A DNA stretch of 24,000 bases, from assembly GCF_036311985.1 (NCBI RefSeq), contig NZ_JAZDCJ010000028.1. The stretch is one strand, 5' to 3'. The notes under the pieces are model-generated. The model ran no database searches. It was not told the origin of the DNA and worked only from the letters and a program-made list of their open reading frames with translations. Both the position numbers and the translations under genes were made by a program. Positions 9,901 through 17,521 of the stretch are shown here, one piece after another (the first letter of the stretch is position 1; each line of letters begins with the position of its first letter). Source of the DNA: Zafaria sp. J156. Its GTDB lineage: Bacteria; Actinomycetota; Actinomycetes; Actinomycetales; Micrococcaceae.

Positions 9901-10719
9901 CTAGTCCCCCCGGGTGCTCTCGACGACATCGGCGATGGCCTGCTGCGGTCCCGTGGCCGCGGGACGGAAGGACTCGAGCTCCGCGTAGGCGATGATCCGC
10001 ATCCTCGTCGTGAAGGGCGGATCGCAACTCGTGAGCGTCAGCAGCGAGGTCGTCGGTTCGACGCCCGGTTGGTGCGGCACGGGCAGGAGCACCTCGCCCT
10101 GGCTGGGGTGGACGATCTCCGTGCTCCGGTAGGCGTACTGGTAGAAGCCCTCGGCCGTCTGCACGTAGAGCCGGTCACCGTCGGTGAGCTTGTCGATGTC
10201 CCAGAAGACCTGCCCGTGGGTCTGCCGGTGCGCGGCGACGCCGAAGTTGCCGAGCTCGCCCGGCATCTGGGTCTGCGGGTAGCGGCCGATCCCCAAGTGG
10301 TCCAGCACCTCGGGTCCGACGCCGTCCGTCACCGGCCGCGCGTAGTCCGCGCCGAAGCGCGGGACGTACATCACGCCGAACGTCGCCCCCGCGTGCGGCA
10401 GGACGGCGATGGGCGGGTCGCCGAACTCGGCCCGGTCCCTGGCCGCCTCGGCCGCCGGATCGAGCCGTTCGCCGGCCGGGAGGCCGGGGACGCGGACGTC
10501 GTCGAAGCCGCGCAGGAGCTGCTCGGCCACGGTGTCCTGCCGGCGGTCGGCCTCGAGGTTCGTCCACCACAGCTCCCAGGCCACGAACAGCAGCAACACG
10601 AGCCCGGCCGTGATGAGCAGCTCGCCGAGGACTCCCGTGAACGTGACGCGGGGCGTCCGCCGCCCCGCGCCCGGGGCGCGGCGGGACCGCGCGGCGCGCA
10701 CCGGCGTCGTACTGTCCAC
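9901..10719 (-). CDS. Class E sortase
   Basis: GTG start at 10719 with aaggag upstream. N-terminal TM (LGELLITAGLVLLLFVAWELWW), FGVAAHRQTHG catalytic His region, and LLTLTSCDP...R catalytic Cys/Arg region. Confidence 0.9.
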   Translation of the reverse strand: MDSTTPVRAARSRRAPGAGRRTPRVTFTGVLGELLITAGLVLLLFVAWELWWTNLEADRRQDTVAEQLLRGFDDVRVPGLPAGERLDPAAEAARDRAEFGDPPIAVLPHAGATFGVMYVPRFGADYARPVTDGVGPEVLDHLGIGRYPQTQMPGELGNFGVAAHRQTHGQVFWDIDKLTDGDRLYVQTAEGFYQYAYRSTEIVHPSQGEVLLPVPHQPGVEPTTSLLTLTSCDPPFTTRMRIIAYAELESFRPAATGPQQAIADVVESTRGD

Positions 10720-10901
10720 TGGGACTCCTTGCACCCCGCGGCGGGAACCGTCCCGCCGCCCACGATCTCCTGCCGGCACCCGCTAGTATTAAGGCACCAT
10801 CGGAACCCCCGCCGGGCGGATGCCCACGGGGTCCACTAGCCACGATAGCGCCCGGGGGCCGGAACCGCGGACAGGTCCGCCCGCCGGGGTCAGGAGACGC
10901 A

Positions 10902-11153
10902 GTGCCAGAGTCAAGGACGCGCCGCAAGGTCCGCCGCAGCAAGGACCGGGCCAACCTGGAGGCCGGCCACGCGCCGCTGCCCGCCTGGTACAAGCCGGTG
11001 ATGTTCGGCCTCATGATCCTGGGCCTGCTGTGGATCGTGACCTACTACATCTCCCAGGGCCTGCTGCCGATCGTCGTGGCCGGAGGCTGGAACATCGTGA
11101 TCGGCTTCGGCATCGCGATGGCCGGCTTCTTCATGACGACGCGCTGGCGCTGA
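10902..11153 (+). CDS. crgA: Cell division protein CrgA
   Basis: GTG start with caggag RBS. MPESRTRRKVRRSKDR...APLPAWYKPVMFGLMILGLLWIVTYYIS...GGWNIVIGFGIAMAGFFMTTRWR; two TM helices and typical CrgA motifs. Confidence 0.93.
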   Translation: MPESRTRRKVRRSKDRANLEAGHAPLPAWYKPVMFGLMILGLLWIVTYYISQGLLPIVVAGGWNIVIGFGIAMAGFFMTTRWR

Positions 11154-11195
11154 CGCCGCGGGGGGAGGAAGATCCCGGGCAGCGGGACGCCGGGG

Positions 11196-11510
11196 CTACT
11201 CGACGAACTTGAGCCCCACGACGCAGCCGATCAGGACCGTGATGAGCAGGATCTTGAGCCAGCTCACCGACTCCGCGCCGAACGCCATCCCGTAGGCGAC
11301 CGTGAGCGAGGCGCCGATGCCGACCCACACCGCGTAGGCCGTTCCCGTGGAGATCTCCCGCATCGCGTAGGCGAGTCCTCCCATGCTGAGCACGAGCGCC
11401 ACCCCGAACAGGATCGTGGGCGCGGGCTTGGTGAAGCCCTCAGACTTCCCGAGCGATACCGCCCAGACCGCCTCGAGCAGCCCCGAGGCCACCAGGATCA
11501 ACCAGGCCAT
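11196..11510 (-). CDS. sugE: SMR-family transporter, Gdx/SugE (guanidinium exporter) type
   Basis: MAWLILVASGLLEAVWAVSLGKSEGFTKPAPT...GTAYAVWVGIGA...GLKFVE. Four TM helices, the GLLEAVWAV signature of the SugE/Gdx subgroup, and a guanidine-III-like leader directly upstream. Confidence 0.9.
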   Translation of the reverse strand: MAWLILVASGLLEAVWAVSLGKSEGFTKPAPTILFGVALVLSMGGLAYAMREISTGTAYAVWVGIGASLTVAYGMAFGAESVSWLKILLITVLIGCVVGLKFVE

Positions 11511-11527
11511 GACACACCGTTCCCTTC

Positions 11528-11570
11528 GACGGCCGTCTTGTCGCGCTCCGGGTACGGCTCCCTCGTCCGG
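11528..11570 (-). promoter_or_regulatory. Guanidine-III (ykkC-III) riboswitch candidate in the leader of the Gdx/SugE gene
   Basis: Minus-strand RNA: CCGGACGAGGGAGCCGUACCCGGAGCGCGACAAGACGGCCGUC. Matches the recalled family core CCGGACGAGG...GCCGUACCCGG...GACAAGACGGC. P1 CCGG/CCGG and pseudoknot GCCGU/ACGGC can both form. It ends 17 nt before the start codon and adjoins the GAAGGGA RBS. Confidence 0.88.
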
Positions 11571-11593
11571 TGGAACAGGTGGTTCCGTGCCAG

Positions 11594-11599
11594 AGGATA
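11594..11599 (-). promoter_or_regulatory. Possible -10 element (TATCCT) of the riboswitch-sugE transcript
   Basis: TATCCT on the minus strand about 24 nt upstream of the aptamer. No convincing -35. Confidence 0.3.
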
Positions 11600-11661
11600 G
11601 CACCGTCCGGAGCGGGCGGCCACGCGGTCGTGACATGCTGGAACCCGGACGAAAGGACGAC

Positions 11662-12159
11662 ATGCACCAGAACACCGCCGCGGCCCCTCCCGCGACCCGC
11701 CTCCCCTCCCCGAAGCGCCTCTACGGGGCGCTCGCCCTCGCCGAGATGGTCACGTGGGCGCTGCTCATCACGGGCATGGTGCTGAAGTACTCCGGCACCT
11801 CCGACGCGTTTGTGCCCGTGTTCGGCCTGGTCCACGGCGTGGTGTTCATCGCGTACTGCATCGTGACGGTCTTCGTCTGGGTCAACCAGCGCTGGGGCTT
11901 TGGTCTCGGGCTGCTGGGGCTGGCCTCGGCCGTGGTCCCCTTCTGCACCGTGCCGTTCGAGCGCGCGGTGGTGCGGCGGGGGCTACTCGACGGCGGGTGG
12001 CGCCTGGCACCGGGCGGCGACGCGCCGCGCGGTCCCGTCGAGGGGATCCAGGCCCTGTGCCTGCGCTACCCGGCCGCGGCGCTCGTGATCGGCCTCGCCG
12101 CCGTCGCGGGCATCACCGCCGTGCTGCTGATGATCGGGCCGCCGGTCCCCAAGGGGTGA
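11662..12159 (+). CDS. DUF3817-like integral membrane protein
   Basis: ATG with aaagga upstream. PSPKRLYGALALAEMVTWALLITGMVLKY...VFGLVHGVVFIAYCIVTVFVWVNQRW..., multi-TM. Confidence 0.8.
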   Translation: MHQNTAAAPPATRLPSPKRLYGALALAEMVTWALLITGMVLKYSGTSDAFVPVFGLVHGVVFIAYCIVTVFVWVNQRWGFGLGLLGLASAVVPFCTVPFERAVVRRGLLDGGWRLAPGGDAPRGPVEGIQALCLRYPAAALVIGLAAVAGITAVLLMIGPPVPKG

Positions 12160-12226
12160 CCACCGCTGGAGGGCACCGTTATATTCCGCATGCGGCATTC
12201 GGCATCTCTTCGGCCCGGATCCGCCG

Positions 12227-12838
12227 TCACCTGGCCCCGTGGTGTCCGGTATGGGCGTAGAGATCCCGCAGGAGGCAGATCTCGGCGCCGTGGTGGATGG
12301 CCTCGCGATTGATGTGCACCACGAGCTCGGCGAGCGACGCCTCGGCGTAGGGGCCCTCGGCGGGGCCGCACCGCCGCAGCAGCCCCTCGGCGCCGAGAGC
12401 TGCGACCCCGTCCCTCCACCGCGCATGCGCCTCCTCGAGTTGATCGAGCGCTTCCGCCGCCGTGCCGGCGTAGCGGTGCCCCGCGTAATCCATGGCGGGA
12501 CCGCCGAAGTGGGAGGCGTTGCGCTGGCCGAAGACCCCGACCACGAGGTGGGCGATCCGCCAGGCGATCGTCGTCACGGGCGCGGGAACCGGCTCGGGGT
12601 CCGCGTAGTCCAGGACGAACGGCCCCGCGCCGAGCTGCACGGCGCCGTCGGCCTCCGGCCCGTGCGTTCCCCGCGGGCGCACGCTCCAGCAACCGCGGAC
12701 GGGCTCCCAGAGGTACTCCTCGTCGGTCAGGCCCTCGAAGCGGCGGCGCAAGTGGTGGTTCCAGTGCCACTCCAGCTGCTCGGCGAGCACGCCGTTCCAG
12801 TCGAGGGCGTCCCGGGGCTTCGGCGTCGGCTCAGGCAT
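12227..12838 (-). CDS. DinB-like/damage-inducible four-helix protein
   Basis: DWNGVLAEQLEWHWNHHLRRRFEGLTDEEYLWEPV...TTIAWRIAHLVVGVFGQRN...ASLAELVVHINREAIHHGAEICLLRDLY; DinB-type spaced histidines. Confidence 0.82.
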   Translation of the reverse strand: MPEPTPKPRDALDWNGVLAEQLEWHWNHHLRRRFEGLTDEEYLWEPVRGCWSVRPRGTHGPEADGAVQLGAGPFVLDYADPEPVPAPVTTIAWRIAHLVVGVFGQRNASHFGGPAMDYAGHRYAGTAAEALDQLEEAHARWRDGVAALGAEGLLRRCGPAEGPYAEASLAELVVHINREAIHHGAEICLLRDLYAHTGHHGAR

Positions 12839-12876
12839 GGGGCCAGTCTGGCACGGCGGCGTGGCGGAGGGAACGG

Positions 12877-13674
12877 TCAGCGGGCCCCGGTCTCCGGGAG
12901 CCCGAGGAAGCGCTCCCGGGCCCAGGCGCCGAACGACTGGCCGGGCTGCTTGGAGTCCAGCCGCAGGTTGTGGCCGTCCCGCAGGGCCCGGACCACGGAG
13001 CCGGGAAAGGGCACCTGCACGACCGCCCCGCCGCGCCCGCCCGCCTCGTGCCGGGCGGCGAGCCACTGCTCGGCCGCGTCCTTGAGCCGCAGTTCCTGCG
13101 GTCCGCCGGCCGCGATGACCGTGCCGCGGGCCCCGGAGTCGAGGGTCTCGAGGACCACGCGGGCAGCATCGCGCGCGGCGAGCGGCTGGACGGAGACCCC
13201 GCGCGGCACGGGAACGAGCGGCGTCTTGGCCAGGTGGCCGAGCAGGGTGTCGACGAGCTCGTGGAACTGCGGGAGCCTGAGCACGGTATGGGGGGCGCCG
13301 GCCCTGGCCAGTGCGTGCTCCCCGGCGAGCTTGGCCCGGTAGTACGGAAGCGGGATGCGGTCCACGCCCAGGATCGAGATCATCAGCACGTGTCGCACGC
13401 CGGCGCGGGCGGCCGCCGCGGCGAGCCGCCGGGTTCCGTCGACATCCACTTCCTCCCACCGCGACGCATCCATGCCGCCGCTGGCCAGGTGGATGATCCC
13501 GTCGACACCCTCGCAAGCCGGATCGAGTCCCGCTCCCGTGGCGAGGTCCCCGGTCACGCCGCCGTCGATCCCGCTCCGGCGCGTCAGGACGCGGACCTCG
13601 TCGCCCCGGGAGCGCAGGAGTTCGACGACGTGCGGGCCGAGCGTGCCGGTTCCACCGGTGACGAGGATCCTCAT
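12877..13674 (-). CDS. NAD(P)-binding NmrA/atypical SDR family protein
   Basis: N-terminal MRILVTGGTGTLGPHVVELLRSRGDEVRVLTRR nucleotide-binding motif, followed by GVDGIIHLAS and VLMISILGVDRIPLPYYRAKLAGE. Confidence 0.85.
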   Translation of the reverse strand: MRILVTGGTGTLGPHVVELLRSRGDEVRVLTRRSGIDGGVTGDLATGAGLDPACEGVDGIIHLASGGMDASRWEEVDVDGTRRLAAAAARAGVRHVLMISILGVDRIPLPYYRAKLAGEHALARAGAPHTVLRLPQFHELVDTLLGHLAKTPLVPVPRGVSVQPLAARDAARVVLETLDSGARGTVIAAGGPQELRLKDAAEQWLAARHEAGGRGGAVVQVPFPGSVVRALRDGHNLRLDSKQPGQSFGAWARERFLGLPETGAR

Positions 13675-13809
13675 GGCTCCACCCTGCCGGGGTGCCGCTC
13701 CGCCGTCAACGAGGCGGCCCCGGCGTCGTCCCCTTGTTCCCGCCGCGCGGGGGAACGCTTCCTGGCGGAGCCCGGCACCGGCGTCGTCCGGTGGCCCGGG
13801 CCGCCGTCC

Positions 13810-14703
13810 CTACCGCGGCAGCCCGGCGGCAGCGGCCCCCTTCACGGCGGCGGTCACCCGGGCCAGGGCCGGCGAGTCCAGCTTCCAGCGCTGCCAATAC
13901 AGCGGGACCTCGTGCACCCACGAGGGATCGAGGAGCCGCAACGAGCCGTCGCCGGGGATCTGCTGCTCGGGCACCATGCCCCAGCCGAGCCCGGCGCGGA
14001 TCGCCTCGACGAACTGGACGGAATCCGGCACGTGGTGTCCCGGGGGACGGGCGGCGGCCCCCGCGTGCCCGCGGATCAGGTCCCGCTGGTGGGCATCGTT
14101 GCGGTCGAAGTGGACGGCGGGCGCCCCGGCGAGCCCGGGCCCGTCCGGCCCGAACCACCGGTCCGCGAACGCCGGGGCGGCCACGGCCAGGTAGCGCATG
14201 CTGCCGAGCAGGTCCGCCGCGCAGCCCTGGACGGGGCGCCCGCTCGTGGTGACGGCGCCCATGACGCGACCCGAGCGCAGGTGCTCGGCCGAGAAGGCCT
14301 CGTCCTCGCGCAGGATCTCGAGTTCGAGGTTCGGGTCGGCGGCCAGGACCGGCAGGGCGGCACCGAACCACGTGGCGAGCGAGTCCGCATTGACGACGAG
14401 CGCGATCGGCGCCCGCGCGGTGGGCGCATCGGTGCCACCCGCGGCCGCGGACAGCTCGGCGGCGGCCTCCGAGGCCAGCAGGTCGAGCTGGCGGGCGAGC
14501 CGGACCAGGACCCTTCCGGCGGGCGTGGCCTGAGCGGGATTCGTCCGGCGGACGACGACGGTTCCGGCCGTGCGCTCGAGGGCCTTGATCCGCTGGCTGA
14601 CGGCCGAGGGGGTGACGTGCAGCCGGCGCGCCGCGGCCTCGAACGTCCCGGTGTCGACGACGGCCGCGAAGGCACGGAGCTGGTCGGCGGGGAAATCGAT
14701 CAT
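13810..14703 (-). CDS. lysG: LysR-family transcriptional regulator, ArgP/LysG subgroup
   Basis: HTH region DQLRAFAAVVDTGTFEAAARRLHVTPSAVSQRIKALERTAGTVVVRRTNPAQATPAG. Divergent from an adjacent lysE-like exporter. Confidence 0.88.
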   Translation of the reverse strand: MIDFPADQLRAFAAVVDTGTFEAAARRLHVTPSAVSQRIKALERTAGTVVVRRTNPAQATPAGRVLVRLARQLDLLASEAAAELSAAAGGTDAPTARAPIALVVNADSLATWFGAALPVLAADPNLELEILREDEAFSAEHLRSGRVMGAVTTSGRPVQGCAADLLGSMRYLAVAAPAFADRWFGPDGPGLAGAPAVHFDRNDAHQRDLIRGHAGAAARPPGHHVPDSVQFVEAIRAGLGWGMVPEQQIPGDGSLRLLDPSWVHEVPLYWQRWKLDSPALARVTAAVKGAAAAGLPR

Positions 14704-14771
14704 AAGGAACTCTAACGCATCATGAATTTCTTGAGCTGGACTGTCGATGCGCCGGAGCCTACCGTCAAGGA

Positions 14772-15386
14772 ATGCCCTTCCTTCCTTCCTCCCTCGCCGG
14801 CCTCGGCCTGGGACTCTCGCTCATCGCCGCGATCGGCGCCCAGAACGCGTTCGTGCTCCGCCAGGGCATCCGCCGCGAACACGTCGTGCCGGTCATCCTG
14901 CTTTGCATGGCCTCCGACGCCGTCCTGATCCTGGCCGGCGTCGCCGGCGTCGGAGCCCTCGTGGACGGCACCTCGTGGATCCTGCCCATGGCCCGCATCG
15001 GCGGTGCGGCGTTCCTCGTGGGCTACGCCGTTCTCGCCCTGCGCCGGGCCGTGGCGCCCGCGGCTCTCACGGTGGCCGAGGGCGGGGGCGGGACGACGCT
15101 CGGCGGGGCCGTGGCCACCGCCTTCGCCCTGACCTGGCTGAATCCCCACGTGTACCTCGACACCGTGGTGCTGCTCGGGTCCATCGCCTCGTCGCACGGG
15201 GATCCGGGGCGCTGGTGGTTCGCCGCGGGTGCCGTATCGGCGAGCGTCGTGTGGTTCACGGCCCTGGGCCTGGGCGCGCGGGCCCTGCGCGGCTTCTTCT
15301 CGAAGCCGGCGTCCTGGCGGATCCTCGACGGCGTCGTGGCCGCGACGATGCTCGTCATCGCGGCCACGCTGCTGCTCGGCCTCTGA
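14772..15386 (+). CDS. lysE: LysE/ArgO family amino acid exporter
   Basis: GLGLGLSLIAAIGAQNAFVLRQGIRREHV...TWLNPHVYLDTVVLLGSIA; classic LysE/ArgO signatures with aaggaatg start context. Confidence 0.92.
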   Translation: MPFLPSSLAGLGLGLSLIAAIGAQNAFVLRQGIRREHVVPVILLCMASDAVLILAGVAGVGALVDGTSWILPMARIGGAAFLVGYAVLALRRAVAPAALTVAEGGGGTTLGGAVATAFALTWLNPHVYLDTVVLLGSIASSHGDPGRWWFAAGAVSASVVWFTALGLGARALRGFFSKPASWRILDGVVAATMLVIAATLLLGL

Positions 15387-15388
15387 GG

Positions 15389-15408
15389 CCCGGCCCCCGG
15401 GGCCGGGG
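15389..15408. terminator. Possible shared hairpin terminator between convergent genes
   Basis: cccggcccccggggccgggg dyad in the 23-bp gap between the lysE stop and the SRPBCC stop. No T-tract, and the optimal loop is unclear. Confidence 0.4.
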
Positions 15409-15409
15409 A

Positions 15410-15895
15410 CTAGAGGGCCCCGTAGTATTCCGTGAGCGCGGGGTAGTAGTCGGCGAAGTCCGGGAGCGGTCCGTCGACCCGGCTCGCCGCGAGGCGGTCG
15501 AGGTAGAACTCCCACCCGGGCCCGATCTCCGCGAGGCCGGCCCGGTCGGCCAGATGGTGGACCAGCGACAGGGAGGCGCCGGAGTCCACGGGTTCCACGA
15601 GCAGTTCGAGGTCCCAGCTGCCGTGCTCGTCCCGCATGACGAGCTCGAGCCGGCGGGGCGGATCGCAGGCCGCCACGCGCAAGTGCGACGTCGGGGCCCC
15701 GTCTTCCGCCGTCAGCGTCACCACGATCTCGCCCCCGGTCCGGCCCTCTCCCTGCCAGTGACCGAACCAGAGGGCGGTCCGCCGGCTGTCGGTGATGCTG
15801 TCCCAGACGTCCTCGGGCGGCGCGGAGAAGTACCGGGAGACGACCAAGTCGACTCCCGGGTCCCGTTCGACGAGCGTCCCCGTCGGTTCGATCAC
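15410..15895 (-). CDS. SRPBCC/AHSA1-like (START-fold) domain protein
   Basis: VVSRYFSAPPEDVWDSITDSRRTALWFGHWQGEGRTGGEIVVTL...PPRRLELVMRDEHGSWDLELLVEP. GTG start at 15895 after ggaggagac; the exact start is uncertain. Confidence 0.82.
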   Translation of the reverse strand: MIEPTGTLVERDPGVDLVVSRYFSAPPEDVWDSITDSRRTALWFGHWQGEGRTGGEIVVTLTAEDGAPTSHLRVAACDPPRRLELVMRDEHGSWDLELLVEPVDSGASLSLVHHLADRAGLAEIGPGWEFYLDRLAASRVDGPLPDFADYYPALTEYYGAL

Positions 15896-15924
15896 GTCTC
15901 CTCCACTCCGTGCCGTGCCGGACC

Positions 15925-15949
15925 GTGCTGTGCTGTGCTGTGCTGTGCC
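15925..15949. repeat. Pentanucleotide tandem repeat (GTGCT)4-GTGCC
   Basis: gtgctgtgctgtgctgtgctgtgcc read directly, flanked by a related tgccgtgccgg segment. Confidence 0.95.
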
Positions 15950-16001
15950 ACACAGTCTGCTCCGCCCCCGTCCCGGCGGCAAGGCCGGACGCGGACGCCG
16001 C

Positions 16002-16955
16002 TCAGGCGCGGCGGGAGTAGACGACGTTGGTCCGAACGCGCCGGAAGCCCACCCGCTCGTACAGGCCGACGGCCCCGGTCGGGCTGTCCGAGTCGACGCC
16101 GAGCTCCACGGAGGCGTAGCCGTCCTCCTTGGCCTGGCGGACGACGTCGGTCAGCAGCGCCGCTGCATGTCCCCGCCCCCTGGCGCGCCGGCGCGTGCCC
16201 ACGAGGGACACGTAGAGCTCCTTCGGGACCCACTGGCCGGAGAGGACGTAGGCGTCGACCGCCTCCTCGGGATCGAGTCCCGGGTCGTCGCTGAGGACCG
16301 TTCGGCTATAGGCCGGGCGGAAGCTGCGGGCCTTGAGCTGGGCCGCCCACTTCTCCGGCGAGCGGGCGGAGGAGCCCCAGTGGTCGGCGAACGCCTCGTT
16401 GTGCGCGCGCCGGATCCCTTCCGCGTGGGCTGGATCGAACACGACGCCGGGGCAGGGCGCCGCACCCGCGGGAACCTCCCAGCCGCCCAGCTCGACCTTC
16501 ATGTCCTGGAAGTAGCGTGCCGGCTCGTAGCCGCGGACGGACGCCATCCGGGCGGCGCCGGACTCCGGGCGCCCCGCCCAGACGTCCAGCAGGAGCGGGT
16601 GGCCGGCGTGGCGTTCGCCGCCGAGCTCGCGGGCCCGGTCCTCCAGGCGCTCCATGAGCGCGCGGCCGATCCCGCGCCGCCGGTGCTCCGGGTGCACGCC
16701 GCCGCCGAGGTGCGCCTTGGCGAAGCCGTCGCGGAGGGCGTCGCTGATCCGCACTTGCCCGAAGGCGACGAGCCGTCCGTCCTCGCGGACCGCCCACGTG
16801 TCGCGTGCGGGATCGACGCCGGGCTCCTCGAGCTCCTCGGCCAGGTCCTCGGGTTCGTAGAACTCCTCCGTCTGGTCGGCCACGGCCAGTTCGTTGGTCA
16901 GCCGCGCCCACTCGGCGGTGTCCTGCTCGGTGATGGTGCTCCACTCAAGGGCCAT
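16002..16955 (-). CDS. Two-domain GNAT-family N-acetyltransferase
   Basis: N-terminal GNAT (GGGVHPEHRRRGIGRALMERLEDRA) and C-terminal GNAT (VSLVGTRRRARGRGHAAALLTDVVRQAKEDGYASVELGVDSDSPTGAVGLYERVGF). Confidence 0.87.
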   Translation of the reverse strand: MALEWSTITEQDTAEWARLTNELAVADQTEEFYEPEDLAEELEEPGVDPARDTWAVREDGRLVAFGQVRISDALRDGFAKAHLGGGVHPEHRRRGIGRALMERLEDRARELGGERHAGHPLLLDVWAGRPESGAARMASVRGYEPARYFQDMKVELGGWEVPAGAAPCPGVVFDPAHAEGIRRAHNEAFADHWGSSARSPEKWAAQLKARSFRPAYSRTVLSDDPGLDPEEAVDAYVLSGQWVPKELYVSLVGTRRRARGRGHAAALLTDVVRQAKEDGYASVELGVDSDSPTGAVGLYERVGFRRVRTNVVYSRRA

Positions 16956-17022
16956 GGCACGTTCCCTGCTTCCTCCGGCCCGCGGCCGGCATTGTGCTGC
17001 GCCCGATCGGTGGGGCGCGTCC

Positions 17023-17052
17023 AGCGTACAGTGATTGGGAGAATTCAATCAA
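17023..17052 (-). promoter_or_regulatory. Candidate promoter for the GNAT gene (TTGATT - 18 bp - TACGCT)
   Basis: Hexamers found on the minus strand about 70 nt upstream of the GNAT start codon. Confidence 0.35.
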
Positions 17053-17067
17053 TAGAGCGCGTTTAAC

Positions 17068-17095
17068 GCACAGCGTGTGCAGAGGGTTATCCACA
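17068..17095 (+). promoter_or_regulatory. Module A: GCACA-gcg-TGTGC inverted repeat followed by exact DnaA box TTATCCACA (17087-17095)
   Basis: gcacagcgtgtgcagagggttatccaca. Confidence 0.75.
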
Positions 17096-17165
17096 ACTGG
17101 GGACACAGCTGTTGGTAAGTATGTTCTATTCGCCGCCGTAAGGCCGATGCGGAGCCGTTGGGTCG

Positions 17166-17205
17166 GTGAGTTACACGGGTGTGAGTTATAAACACTGTGG
17201 ATGAA
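17166..17205 (-). promoter_or_regulatory. Module B: 40-bp repeat unit with TTACACGGGTGTGA dyad and degenerate DnaA box (TGTGGATGA, 17196-17204)
   Basis: gtgagttacacgggtgtgagttataaacactgtggatgaa; 36/40 identical to 17470-17509. Confidence 0.7.
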
Positions 17206-17234
17206 GGCTGTGGAAATCACCCCTACCACCGGGG

Positions 17235-17243
17235 TTGTTCACA
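17235..17243 (+). promoter_or_regulatory. Degenerate DnaA-box-like site TTGTTCACA
   Basis: Two differences from TTATCCACA, inside the cluster. Confidence 0.4.
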
Positions 17244-17338
17244 GATTTCCGCCTGTCCGCTGGGGAAACGGTGGAAATCCGGGGGCCCGTCGATGCATCG
17301 CCGGGCCCACATCCCTTAATCCTCGGGGGATTCGTCGC

Positions 17339-17367
17339 GCACAGGATGTGCAGAAGGGTTATCCACA
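17339..17367 (+). promoter_or_regulatory. Module A': GCACA-gga-TGTGC inverted repeat followed by exact DnaA box TTATCCACA (17359-17367)
   Basis: gcacaggatgtgcagaagggttatccaca; same layout as 17068-17095. Confidence 0.75.
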
Positions 17368-17469
17368 GGTGTGCAGAAGTATGTGAATATTCAAGCGCCC
17401 CGGGGCCGTTGAACCGGCCGCCGGGGCTGCTGCGGCGTCATCCCGGGGGACGGGAAGAAGGACGCCTAA

Positions 17470-17521
17470 GTGAATTACACGGGTGTGAGTTATTAACAGT
17501 GTGGATAAACCCTGTGGATGG
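17470..17521 (-). promoter_or_regulatory. Module B': second copy of the 40-bp unit with exact DnaA box on the minus strand (17500-17508) and a degenerate one (17513-17521)
   Basis: gtgaattacacgggtgtgagttattaacagtgtggataaaccctgtggatgg. Confidence 0.75.

Noticed and set aside
12970-14715. 581-aa plus-strand ORF spanning two minus-strand genes
   Set aside because: It crosses the NAD(P)-binding and LysR genes, which have real domains. Its protein is low-complexity.
14747-16294. 515-aa plus-strand ORF overlapping lysE, SRPBCC and the GNAT gene end
   Set aside because: It runs across three supported genes, and its sequence is Arg/Pro-rich noise.
17068-17521. Possible CRISPR array from the repeated elements
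   Set aside because: Only two copies each of two different elements, unequal spacing over 250 bp, internal dyads matching DnaA boxes, and no cas genes.
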